A stretch of DNA of 64,000 nucleotides, taken from contig CAWGPD010000004.1 in assembly GCA_963824385.1 (NCBI GenBank), positions 192,001 to 256,000 on the forward strand, read 5' to 3'. The notes under the pieces are model-generated. The model had not been told where the DNA came from. It ran no database searches and saw nothing but the letters and a program-made list of their open reading frames with translations. Both the position numbers and the translations under genes were made by a program. Each line of letters opens with the position of its first letter. The stretch's first letter is position 1. Below, one piece after another: positions 45,599-55,443 of the stretch. The stretch is from an uncultured Nitrososphaerota archaeon. Its GTDB lineage: Archaea > Thermoproteota > Nitrososphaeria > Nitrososphaerales > Nitrosopumilaceae.

Positions 45599-45679
45599 AG
45601 TAGTTCACGATTTTAAGGGGTATAAAACAGTATCAGATAATGACAATCTAAATATTGGATTGATTTAGTTTTACAAAAT

Positions 45680-45982
45680 ATGGCGTGGAAGAAGGTAGCA
45701 GAAAAAGATGCAGTTGCTCCAGGAAAAGGAAGAGAGTTTGTAGTAGATGGAAAGAGAATAGCCATATTCAATCAGAACGGTTTTCATGCATTAGATTCGG
45801 TGTGTGCTCATCAAGATGGGTCTCTTGCACCAGGTAAACTAGATGGCGACATAGTAGAGTGTCCACTTCATTTTTGGCATTATAACATCAAAACAGGTGA
45901 GCTATTAGACTACATAAAAGGAGTAAAATTGCAGACCTACAATGTTGAAGTAAAAAAAGACGGAATATACCTAGATGTCTGA
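45680..45982 (+). CDS. Rieske [2Fe-2S] ferredoxin
   Basis: CAHQ...CPLH Rieske motifs. Confidence 0.9.
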   Translation: MAWKKVAEKDAVAPGKGREFVVDGKRIAIFNQNGFHALDSVCAHQDGSLAPGKLDGDIVECPLHFWHYNIKTGELLDYIKGVKLQTYNVEVKKDGIYLDV

Positions 45983-46016
45983 TAAGTTTAATTCTTTAGC
46001 ATTATTTTAAAAAATA

Positions 46017-46805
46017 TTGAATCATCAAATCATAGAAGAATTAATCAAAAAAGACTATGATTTAATTCAAAATAAAATTGGAAGTTTTTTAAAAAATGAA
46101 ATAGAAATACGAAAATCTAATGGTGTTGTTTTTGGATTAAGTGGCGGAATAGATTCTGCCGTTATTGGAACATTATGTGCCAAATTCATAAAAGGAAAAT
46201 CACTTGCACTCATAATGCCAAATTCAAAAATTACCCCAACGAGTGAAACAGAAGACGCAATAAAAATTGTAGACAGCCATTCAATAGAATACAAACTAAT
46301 TGATATTGGATTTATCCACAAAGAATATTCCAGATACTTGGAGCCTAGCCCTCTAGCATTTGCAAATCTGGGAGCAAGAATCAGAGCCAACATGTTATAC
46401 TATTATGCAAATGCAAGAAATTGTCTAGTACTTGGCTCTTCTGACAGGAGTGAATTTTTGATAGGATACTTTACAAAATTTGGAGATGGAGCAGCCGATT
46501 TATTACCAATAGTTTCTTTATACAAAACCCAAATACGTGAACTTGCAAAAAGTCTTGGCATTTTACCAGAGATAATTTCCAAACCAAGTGGTCCACATTT
46601 ATGGGAAGGTCATACTGCTGAGACAGAATTAGGCTTGGCATATGAGGAAATTGATTCCATACTTCATTGTATGGTTGATAAGAGTCTCTCAATTGAAGAA
46701 ACATCCAAAATAACAGAGATATCAATTTCAGAAGTAGACAAGATTTACAGAATGTACAAAAAAAGCGAACATAAAAGAACAATGGCCACACCATGCATCC
46801 TATGA
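46017..46805 (+). CDS. nadE: NH3-dependent NAD+ synthetase
   Basis: GLSGGIDS, NLGARIR, GYFTKFGDG, LYKTQ. Confidence 0.95.
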   Translation: MNHQIIEELIKKDYDLIQNKIGSFLKNEIEIRKSNGVVFGLSGGIDSAVIGTLCAKFIKGKSLALIMPNSKITPTSETEDAIKIVDSHSIEYKLIDIGFIHKEYSRYLEPSPLAFANLGARIRANMLYYYANARNCLVLGSSDRSEFLIGYFTKFGDGAADLLPIVSLYKTQIRELAKSLGILPEIISKPSGPHLWEGHTAETELGLAYEEIDSILHCMVDKSLSIEETSKITEISISEVDKIYRMYKKSEHKRTMATPCIL

Positions 46806-46818
46806 GGATACGAGAAAA

Positions 46819-48222
46819 TTGAGAATTCTTGACACACTAACAGTAACAGAAAAAAATGTAGATACTTCAAATATGGTTAGAATTTATCTGTGTGGCGTAA
46901 CGGTATATGACGAAAGTCACATAGGTCATGCACGAACAATTATAGTATTTGATACACTTCGAAGATATTTAGAATCAAAGGGAATAACAGTAAATCTTGT
47001 TCAAAATTTTACCGATGTGGATGACAAGATAATCAATCGTGCCATGAAGGAAAACACATCTGCGCAAGAAATATCCACAAAATACATCAAAAATTATTTT
47101 GATGATTTTGACAAACTCAATGTAAAACGAGCTGATTCTTACCCCAAGGCTACAGAACACATTACCGACATGATTAATCTAATCCAAGGATTAATTGACA
47201 AAGGATTTGCATACATATCCAAAAATGGAGTATATTTTTCAGTTTTAAAATTTAATGAATATGGAAAACTTTCCAAGAAAAAAATAGAAGAGTTGATTGC
47301 AGGTGCTAGAGTTGAAGTGGATGAAACCAAAAATGATCCAGTAGACTTTGCCTTGTGGAAGTTTGCAGATGATAGTCCAACATGGGAGAGCCCATGGGGA
47401 AAAGGAAGACCTGGTTGGCATATTGAATGCTCTGCAATGAGTCTAAAATATCTTGGAAGTAATTTTGAGATTCATGGGGGTGGACGAGATCTTATATTTC
47501 CACATCATGAAAATGAGATAGCACAGTCAGAGTCTTTTTCTGGAATAAATTTTGCCAAGATTTGGATGCATGTTGGAATGGTGACAATCAATGGTGAGAA
47601 GATGTCCAAATCATTAGGAAATACAAAGTCAATTGATTTTGTGCTCAAAAGATGGGGGCCAAACATAATCAGATTGTTTTGCCTATCAGGGCATTATTCA
47701 AAACCAATTGATTATTCCGAAGATCTTTTGAAGGAGACCATAACAAAATGGCGCCAAGTAGAAAATTGTTATTTTGAACTTATTCTAGCAGATAATCCCA
47801 TTTCAGAATCTGAAGAATTAGAAAAAATTAAAGAAATCATCAGAGAATCAAGAATGGAGTTTGATAATGCACTGGATTCGGACTTTAACACACCACTTGC
47901 ACTCTCTGCCTTTTTTAAGCTAGTCAAGAATATCAATCAACTCGCATCTTCAGAGAAACTTACTCGTTCAATATCAGATACCATTTTACCAACATTTCAT
48001 CAAATGCTATCAATTTTAGGTGTAAATGTAATTGAAGTTACAGAGAGCGAAAAAGATAAAATTTCAAATTTAATTGAACAGAGAAATACATTACGTAATC
48101 AGAAAAAATTTCAAGAGGCAGACATCATAAGAAAACAGATATCAGACATGAACATCACCCTAATAGATCATAAGAACAAAACACTGTGGATGAAACAGGA
48201 AAAAATTGGTATAGAAAATTAA
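46819..48222 (+). CDS. cysS: cysteine--tRNA ligase
   Basis: CGVTVYDESHIGH, GRPGWHIECSAM, DLIFPHHENE, KMSKS. Confidence 0.97.
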   Translation: MRILDTLTVTEKNVDTSNMVRIYLCGVTVYDESHIGHARTIIVFDTLRRYLESKGITVNLVQNFTDVDDKIINRAMKENTSAQEISTKYIKNYFDDFDKLNVKRADSYPKATEHITDMINLIQGLIDKGFAYISKNGVYFSVLKFNEYGKLSKKKIEELIAGARVEVDETKNDPVDFALWKFADDSPTWESPWGKGRPGWHIECSAMSLKYLGSNFEIHGGGRDLIFPHHENEIAQSESFSGINFAKIWMHVGMVTINGEKMSKSLGNTKSIDFVLKRWGPNIIRLFCLSGHYSKPIDYSEDLLKETITKWRQVENCYFELILADNPISESEELEKIKEIIRESRMEFDNALDSDFNTPLALSAFFKLVKNINQLASSEKLTRSISDTILPTFHQMLSILGVNVIEVTESEKDKISNLIEQRNTLRNQKKFQEADIIRKQISDMNITLIDHKNKTLWMKQEKIGIEN

Positions 48223-49436
48223 GATTTTTTAGTTTTTGCACTAACTAGTGAGACAACATCCCTGTCTCTTAATTGATAGTTAACTGGCAATCGTACTCCA
48301 TATCTTACATCTTTGGCATAAAGCAATCCTTTTGTTAAATCCGTGTGTATTTCTTTTGCCAAATCTTCTACAGTTGCACCATCCTTGAGTAAAAGTAAAT
48401 CAGGGAGAATTCGGCCTTTCTTATCAGAGAAATTTTCAGGGTTTGCTACTGGATATATAGAATTCATCTTCAACAACTTGAATACCGTAACATTGATTGC
48501 AAACTGTACACCCGTTCTCATATATTCTCCCAATATTCCCTGGGTGATAAAATCAAGGGCTTCAAGTTGTTTTTTATTTAGTTTATCTTTTTGTAGAATT
48601 TCAAATTGTTCTGAGCCTGGAACATATTTGATTAGCCCCTTTTGTTCTGCTCTTCTTAATGAGAGTTCACTATCAGTACTGGCAGGAATAATTATACTAT
48701 CAATGTACTTTTCTCTTAGCCTATCAAAGTTTTTTTCTGCACCTGGAACATCAATCTTGTTTGCAACTATCAGAGTAGGTTTAGATATCTTTCTTAGATA
48801 CGCCGCAAATTTTTTACTGTCATGCATATCAAAATTTTCAAAGTGTTTATCTTCAAGACCTGCAGTTTTTAGTGCCTCTTTTACATGAGTTTCTTTGACA
48901 CCTATACCTCGAAACACGTCAGTTATTGCCACAATAGGCTCTATCTCAGACTGGATAAGCTTGGATATTTTATCCCTATTTCCTTCAAGGAGTTTTAGAT
49001 ACCACATGATAAGTTCCTCTTCAATATCAGAAACATCAGCTATTGGATCACCACTTCCTACTTCGGCTATTCTTCCTGCTGCATCTACACTTCCAGATAC
49101 ATCCACTACATGTAAAATAGCATCAGACTGAGTAGCTATTGAAAGGAATTGATTTCCCAATCCTTTTCCTGCCCAAGCATCTTTTATCAGACCAGGAAGA
49201 TCAATTAGTTCAATTGGAATAAATCTCCAACCATCAATACATTTTGAATTTTGAGGATTATCTTTGATATTAAATTCAGTGTGAACACACGGTGTAATTG
49301 CGTTGCCTAATGCTTTTTCAGGTTTTTTGGTTGTAAATGGATAAGTTGAGACTTCTCCTCCTGCCAATGTAGCAGCATTAAAAAAAGTAGTTTTACCAGT
49401 ATTAGTCTTACCTAAAAGGCCAATTTTTATTGGCAT
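48219..49436 (-). CDS. ychF: Obg-family YchF-like GTPase/ATPase with TGS domain
   Basis: GKTNTGKTT, YPFTT, DLPGLI...GLGNQFL, ANKID, IHTDL. Confidence 0.88.
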   Translation of the reverse strand: MPIKIGLLGKTNTGKTTFFNAATLAGGEVSTYPFTTKKPEKALGNAITPCVHTEFNIKDNPQNSKCIDGWRFIPIELIDLPGLIKDAWAGKGLGNQFLSIATQSDAILHVVDVSGSVDAAGRIAEVGSGDPIADVSDIEEELIMWYLKLLEGNRDKISKLIQSEIEPIVAITDVFRGIGVKETHVKEALKTAGLEDKHFENFDMHDSKKFAAYLRKISKPTLIVANKIDVPGAEKNFDRLREKYIDSIIIPASTDSELSLRRAEQKGLIKYVPGSEQFEILQKDKLNKKQLEALDFITQGILGEYMRTGVQFAINVTVFKLLKMNSIYPVANPENFSDKKGRILPDLLLLKDGATVEDLAKEIHTDLTKGLLYAKDVRYGVRLPVNYQLRDRDVVSLVSAKTKKS

Positions 49437-49477
49437 GTTTTCATCTGATGATGCTTGCTATTTATCTCTGCCGTAGA

Positions 49478-49843
49478 TTATTCAGTATGATTGTGTAAAC
49501 CGACATTACTAGATGAATTCTTTATTTCTTCAATGTACCACAAAATTTCTTTTATTTCATCTTCTGTAAGTACGTCATTCCATTTTTCCAGTATAATCTT
49601 TAAGATTTGTGAGCCATTGTATAAAAGACTCCAGTAGGGATGATGTTCAGCTGTTGTAAGAGCAAGCTCTTCAATTTCTTCAAGACCTGTTTTTGCCAAA
49701 GCCAATCCGTCAGATTTTTCTCCATATATTCGAATAATGTTGGAATCAAGGTCAGAATTTAATTTTACTAGAACATGTTTCTTTTCAAATGATTTTACAA
49801 GTTCCAAGAGAGATTCACGAAATGTTGAAAAATCCTCAGTCAT
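49478..49843 (-). CDS. conserved hypothetical protein
   Basis: ORF directly downstream of the CoA-binding protein gene. Confidence 0.7.
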   Translation of the reverse strand: MTEDFSTFRESLLELVKSFEKKHVLVKLNSDLDSNIIRIYGEKSDGLALAKTGLEEIEELALTTAEHHPYWSLLYNGSQILKIILEKWNDVLTEDEIKEILWYIEEIKNSSSNVGLHNHTE

Positions 49844-49845
49844 GT

Positions 49846-50256
49846 CTAGAACAATCTTTGATGTTCCGCAAGCATGCATCTATTATAAACAACATCAATT
49901 CCAGATTTTTGCGCAATTCCCTCTGCCTCTGTATTATGTATTCCCTCTTGCAACCAAATCACCTTAGGTTTTATCCTAACAGACTCTTCAATAACTTGTA
50001 ATACTTGGTCAGAAGGTCTGAAAATATCTACAATATCAATCTCTTCAGGAATATCAAGTAGACTAGAATAACATTTTTTCCCTAAAATTTCGGTTGCAGT
50101 GGGATTTACTGGAATTATATTATATCCTTGTTCGTAAAGATATTTTGGTACATAATGAGCAGCTTTATCGGGATTTTTTGACATCCCCACAACTGCAATA
50201 TTTTTTAGCAAATAAATTTTTCTTATTTCATCATCTGTATGAGAATCATGGTCCAT
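49846..50256 (-). CDS. CoA-binding protein
   Basis: IAVVGMSKNP, IIPVNP, DIVDIFRP, IWLQEGI, NRCM. Confidence 0.92.
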   Translation of the reverse strand: MDHDSHTDDEIRKIYLLKNIAVVGMSKNPDKAAHYVPKYLYEQGYNIIPVNPTATEILGKKCYSSLLDIPEEIDIVDIFRPSDQVLQVIEESVRIKPKVIWLQEGIHNTEAEGIAQKSGIDVVYNRCMLAEHQRLF

Positions 50257-50331
50257 AAATTGTAAACAACATCATGTGGCTTAATATCTTGTGGAATAAC
50301 TGATTCATATGGTAAATGCAATTATTTTATC

Positions 50332-50451
50332 ATGGAACAAGAACCCAGTGATGTAATTATATTAAGTGCAATAAATCAAGGCGCAAAAAAATTTGATAAA
50401 ATTTCAAAAAAACTAAAAAATATTAAAGAAAAATTAAAAAACGGTTTTTGA
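50332..50451 (+). pseudogene. truncated remnant of a winged-helix-type protein
   Basis: MEQEPSDVIILSAINQGAKKFDKISKK resembles the N-terminus of a thaumarchaeal wHTH-like family, then ends after 39 aa in A-rich sequence. Confidence 0.4.
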
Positions 50452-50504
50452 GATCCGATTATTGAAATCTCACATTATTGGTTTTTTGTAGATGCCATGA
50501 GGTT

Positions 50505-50903
50505 TCAAGGCATCTTCATGTTACCTGGCATTGTACTATTTCCATGCATATGCATACTACCAGACATTACATTATTTCCAGGCATATTCATGTTGCTTGG
50601 CATTGTTGTTGAACCAGTAAATGCGGCTATTATTTGAGCCAATATGTCTTCACCATGTTGTGCTGGTGCAACTTTTCCATAATTTCCCTTCTGGAAGTAA
50701 TCTATAGCATCGTACCATCTGGTATGCTCACCAGAAGCACAGACATGATCACCACAGATGTTACTACTGCCATGACTTTGCGTGGCAAAAGTATTCCTCA
50801 GATAAGTTGATGGAGTCAAAGCGCTAGCTTGTGGAACAGCCACTATTACTGAGGATATCAGGAGAACAGTTGCTGCAAACATCAGTAATGCTATTTTAGT
50901 CAT
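50505..50903 (-). CDS. secreted CGDHxC-motif protein with Met/His-rich tail (paralog 1)
   Basis: Signal peptide ..VPQASA, NICGDHVC, tail MPSNMNMPGNNVMSGSMHMHGNSTMPGNMKMP. Confidence 0.8.
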   Translation of the reverse strand: MTKIALLMFAATVLLISSVIVAVPQASALTPSTYLRNTFATQSHGSSNICGDHVCASGEHTRWYDAIDYFQKGNYGKVAPAQHGEDILAQIIAAFTGSTTMPSNMNMPGNNVMSGSMHMHGNSTMPGNMKMP

Positions 50904-50982
50904 CTATTATGAGTACTCTAAATGGCATATAAAAGAATTATGACTCAATACTATGTTAGAAAATAAGAGATATTCAGTGCGA

Positions 50983-51395
50983 TTACTTGGTGCCCATGTT
51001 CATGTTACCTGGCATTGTACTATTTCCATGCATATGCATGCTACCAGACATTACATTATTTCCGGCATCTTCATGTTGCCTGGCATTGTTGTTGAACCAG
51101 TAATTGAACTTGCCATGTTGTGCATTCCTGTTTTAACATGTTGTTGCATGCCAGAGGTTTTACCTTGTAATTGATTACCATGATTCCATACTTGTTGCTG
51201 CCATTTTGTTAACTCTCCTGGTCCACACACATGTGTATCACAGACGTTTATTTCAGTAAAATATCTAGCAGTAAGAGGAGTAAAATCATGGTAAATAGAT
51301 TTTTGATTGAGTGCGCTAGCCTGTGGAATCACCATAACAGCAAATGATGTCAAAATCACAGACATAGTAAACAAGATCACTGTTTTACTAGTCAT
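50983..51395 (-). CDS. secreted CxxHxC-motif protein with Met/His-rich tail (paralog 2); frameshift near 51063
   Basis: ..IPQASA, NVCDTHVC; the corrected tail matches paralog 1 and ends MNMGTK* at 50983. Confidence 0.8.
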
Positions 51396-51478
51396 CGATA
51401 TTTATTCGGAAGTCGGGTTATAAAAGAATTATGAATCAATGATATGTTGGAAGAATAATAGAATTATGTCGTCTCGGA

Positions 51479-51952
51479 CTATTTGGTGCTGTTTGTATTA
51501 TTGCCATTACTAGTCATGTTTTCACCCATATTCATGTTTTCCGTCATATTTACGGTTCCAGAACTGGGCATATTTTTACCCATATTCATGTTAGATGTCA
51601 TCGAAATTGTTCCAGATGTAGATGTTTGTGTGGCATTAGATAAATTGTTAGTCAATGCGTCTAGATAGGTAGATGCTTTTCCAATTGTTGCAATACTCAC
51701 ATGTTGATGCTGTAATTGAGACAAGTTATCAAACCATTGGAATTTTTCGGCAGATTTGCATATATGGTCACCACATACATTTGTGCCACCATATGATGCA
51801 GTAAGATGAGCATCAGTAAAAACAGTTCTTTGAGTCAAATCACTAAAATTAATTCCTGGGGCAAATGCATTTGCGACTGGTAAGACAGATGCCGTAAAAG
51901 ATGACATCAAAACTGCCGTTACAAATAACGACACAGTCAATTTCTTCTGCAT
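51479..51952 (-). CDS. secreted CGDHxC-motif protein with Met-rich tail (paralog 3)
   Basis: Signal peptide ..PVANA, NVCGDHIC, tail MTSNMNMGKNMP...MTENMNMGENMT. Confidence 0.8.
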   Translation of the reverse strand: MQKKLTVSLFVTAVLMSSFTASVLPVANAFAPGINFSDLTQRTVFTDAHLTASYGGTNVCGDHICKSAEKFQWFDNLSQLQHQHVSIATIGKASTYLDALTNNLSNATQTSTSGTISMTSNMNMGKNMPSSGTVNMTENMNMGENMTSNGNNTNSTK

Positions 51953-52087
51953 TAAATACCGTATTAATAGGAGGTATAAAAAAATTGCCTCCCTATGATC
52001 CTCTTCTTTGTGAACTGACAATCAATTCAATTGATTTCAGAATATACCAAACAAATAGATACAGAATATTTTCAAGTACGAAACAAA

Positions 52088-52750
52088 ATGATGGCAAAGA
52101 TAGGCTCCAAGGCACCAAATCTGGGCGTTTCAAAATGGGTACAAGGGTTACCAACCAATATTGACAAAGAGAAAGACAATGTCGTATTAGTTGAAGTATT
52201 CCAGGTTAATTGTCCGGGTTGTTTTCTATACGGGATACCTCAAGCAATAGACATTTATCAAAAATATAGAAAAGAAGGTGTTACAGTTCTAGGAATAGCA
52301 ACAGCGTTTGAAGATTTTGATAAAAATACAATGGAGAATTTAGAATTATTACTTACCAAGGGCGAAGTAATTGGAGAAACCTTAAAGGCACTTGGCCAAT
52401 ACGGCCAACTTGTTGATGGAAACAAACTCCCTTACAAGATTCCGTTTCCTGTTGGAATGGATTTACTAAAAAAGGATGATGTGCCAATAAGCAAGACAAA
52501 GATAGATGAAATTATTCAAGCCAATGTACCTGGATTTGAATCATATAGTGATAGTCAAAAGTCTGAAATCATTGAAAGAGTAAATCAATATCTCAAAAGT
52601 AAAGAATATTCCGCACAAACTTTTGAAGAGTTTACATTGCGTGGCACGCCATCAACAATTCTAATAGACAAGAAAGGAATATTACGAGATGTCGCATTTG
52701 GAACCAATAATTTTCTTGAAGAGAACATAAAAAAATTATTAAATGAATAA
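52088..52750 (+). CDS. thioredoxin-fold redoxin (TlpA/AhpC-like)
   Basis: EVFQVNCPGC, GTPSTILIDKKG. Confidence 0.85.
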   Translation: MMAKIGSKAPNLGVSKWVQGLPTNIDKEKDNVVLVEVFQVNCPGCFLYGIPQAIDIYQKYRKEGVTVLGIATAFEDFDKNTMENLELLLTKGEVIGETLKALGQYGQLVDGNKLPYKIPFPVGMDLLKKDDVPISKTKIDEIIQANVPGFESYSDSQKSEIIERVNQYLKSKEYSAQTFEEFTLRGTPSTILIDKKGILRDVAFGTNNFLEENIKKLLNE

Positions 52751-52788
52751 ACATCAACTTATGAACTTGGAATCATAGTAATTATAAC

Positions 52789-53794
52789 ATGTATACATCG
52801 TTTGATGAAACACCACTTGACAAGATAATTATTTTATTAAAATCCCACCAATCAGAATTTGTATCCGGAGAAAAACTAAGCAAGTCATTGAATCTAAGCA
52901 GAGCGGCAATTTGGAAAAATATCAAAAAGATCCAGTCCATTGGGATACAAGATTGAATCAAAAATAAAGAGAGGTTATAAATTACATTTAGATACTACAC
53001 TACTTTTACCATGGGAGATTTCAGATGGGCTTCAGACGGACATAATTGGAAGAAAAATATACTATTTTGATACAATTGATTCAACTCAAAATTTTGCCCT
53101 AAAATTATCTCAAAAACCTTATGAAAATGGATCTGTTGTCATAGCAGAAAGACAAACCAAGGGAAGAGGGAGATTAAATCGAAAATGGGCATCACCAAGA
53201 GGAGGAATATGGATGTCAGTACTATTAAGACCAAACTTTGAGTTAGCACAGACTTCATTATTTCCCATGATTTCATCTCTTGCCCTATCTATTGCAATAG
53301 AAAAAATATTAAAAATTAAACCAGAATTAAAGTGGCCAAACGATGTAACTTTGAAAGGAAAAAAAGTTGCAGGCATACTAATTGACGTAGCAATAGAATC
53401 AAACAAGATAGATTACCTCATAATAGGAGTAGGCGTTAATTTCAGAATTCAGCCAAGTAAGATATCAAAACTTGTCATGAATTCTCAAAAATATAATGGA
53501 ATTACTACGCTAGTAAAAGAAAAACAAGATGGCAGTCCCGTTGAGTTGGTACAACAATTTCTGTTTGAACTTGAACAAATGTATAACAAAGTCATATCAA
53601 ATTCAAATGTAGAAATTAGAAAAAAATGGATAAAGCGTTCTTCCACAATAGGAAAGAATGTAACTACAACTACAACTGCAGGATTGTTCAGAGGTAAAGC
53701 AATTGGGATTGATGAAACAGGTGCACTCCTTTTATCAAATAAAGGAAAAATCCATCGCATATTAGCAGGCGATATAACATATAGAAATCCATGA
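52789..53794 (+). CDS. birA: bifunctional biotin-protein ligase/repressor; frameshift near 52938
   Basis: N-terminal HTH (SGEKLSKSLNLSRAAIWK), IDSTQ, QTKGRGR, KWPND, KKVAGIL, GVGVN. Confidence 0.93.
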
Positions 53795-53838
53795 CATACG
53801 AAAAGATACTTAACAGAAATTTTGTTTAAAATAGATCT

Positions 53839-53952
53839 TTATTTATGAGATATGAGAATTAAACTAGTTCCTATTAGAATCCCTGCAGTAATTTCCAACA
53901 AATGTGGTAAAAATATTCTTCGTAGAAGAGTTTCACCAGTTTTTTGTTTCAT
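53839..53952 (-). CDS. putative small membrane peptide (37 aa)
   Basis: MKQKTGETLLRRIFLPHLLEITAGILIGTSLILISHK; TTATAA about 25 nt upstream. Confidence 0.4.
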   Translation of the reverse strand: MKQKTGETLLRRIFLPHLLEITAGILIGTSLILISHK

Positions 53953-54104
53953 GTGATTATACTTTAAAAATTCCTTATAATAGTGTTTTAGCAGATTTTA
54001 TTATTAAAATTTAGTCAATTTGTTTTGATTACCAGAATATATAAAAAAAATAATGATCGCAGTCACTAACGAATTTTTAATAATCATATAGTTTCAATTA
54101 AAAG

Positions 54105-54941
54105 ATGAAAATTTGCTGGGCAAATACCGAGAATTTTGATGAAGCAGGCATTATAATTGTAGGAATTCCCGATGAATCAAAATCCCATGCACTTAGAAAG
54201 GGTACATCTGAGGCGCCGCATAAAATCAGAGAGATCTCATCCATAAGAGACACATACAAACGTGGAAATGAGATCTCCCTTGGCTTACCTCTAGATGGAA
54301 TTACCAAAAAAGTATATGATTTTGGGAACATTGAACGCGACCTAATAGAATACTCCATGAACAAGATAGTGTCCAAATCAAAAATTCCCATATCCATCGG
54401 AGGAGATCATTCCATATCAACAGAATTAATAAAATCAGTTTCAAAAAAATATGGTCCACTATCACTAGTATACTTTGACGCACATCCAGATTTTGTAAGT
54501 TCAGTACAGGGATACTATGGTTCGGTATTTCAGGATGTTTTACAATATATTGACATAAAATCAAGTATTATGATAGGAGTTAGAACGCCGGAAAAAGAAG
54601 AGATAGACAATATAAAAAAATATGATTTACCAATAATCACTCCATTTGATATAATCAGACAAGGAATACAGAAAACTGAAGAAATGATCCTAAACAGAAT
54701 TGGAAAAAACACATATGTTTCATTAGACATGGATGTAATTGATCCAGCATTTGCTCCAGGAGTTTCAGTTCCTGTTCCACTTGGTTTAAGAAATATTGAG
54801 GTAGCTATTCTTCTCAAATCTATTGCTAAGAAAGGTATTTGTGGATTAGACATAATGGAGGTATGTCCAAATTACGACATCAAGGACAGAACCTCTCATC
54901 TTGCATCAAGAATTATTTCGGAAGTCATATCATCAATATAA
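54105..54941 (+). CDS. ureohydrolase (agmatinase/arginase family)
   Basis: GGDHS, DAHPD, SLDMDVIDPAFAPG, EVCP. Confidence 0.9.
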   Translation: MKICWANTENFDEAGIIIVGIPDESKSHALRKGTSEAPHKIREISSIRDTYKRGNEISLGLPLDGITKKVYDFGNIERDLIEYSMNKIVSKSKIPISIGGDHSISTELIKSVSKKYGPLSLVYFDAHPDFVSSVQGYYGSVFQDVLQYIDIKSSIMIGVRTPEKEEIDNIKKYDLPIITPFDIIRQGIQKTEEMILNRIGKNTYVSLDMDVIDPAFAPGVSVPVPLGLRNIEVAILLKSIAKKGICGLDIMEVCPNYDIKDRTSHLASRIISEVISSI

Positions 54942-54992
54942 TCATCATAGACACGCCTAATGCTTTTAACTACCCAGATTATTAAAAAAACA

Positions 54993-55397
54993 ATGTTCTC
55001 TCATTTTACATTAAATCAAGCAAATGAAATTCTTCCTTCAATAATTAAAAAATTTCAAAATATTGTAAATATGAAAAATGAAGTTATCAGAATCCAGTCA
55101 GATTTGGAAAACAATCCAAAATACATGACAACTTTCAAGGATTACATCATAAAAAAGCAAGAACTTAACACTGCCATAACTAATTTTTACAAATCAATTG
55201 AAGATTTAGAATCTACAGGCGTTTCCATAAAAAGCATTGATCAAGGATTACTTGATTTTCCATCTTTGATGTTTAACGAAGAGATTTGGCTTTGTTGGAA
55301 AGAAGGTGAGACAGAAATAAAATTCTGGCATGGGAAGGACGAAGGATTTAACGGTAGAAAACCAATAGAAAGCGTGGATTTGGAAAAATTAAGATAA
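54993..55397 (+). CDS. DUF2203-type conserved protein
   Basis: FTLNQANEILP...GLLDFP...LCWKEGE...WHGKDEGFNGRKPI. Confidence 0.85.
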   Translation: MFSHFTLNQANEILPSIIKKFQNIVNMKNEVIRIQSDLENNPKYMTTFKDYIIKKQELNTAITNFYKSIEDLESTGVSIKSIDQGLLDFPSLMFNEEIWLCWKEGETEIKFWHGKDEGFNGRKPIESVDLEKLR

Positions 55398-55443
55398 TTC
55401 TTCCATCCAAACATATATTCAAACAATTCAACATCTAACAGAA

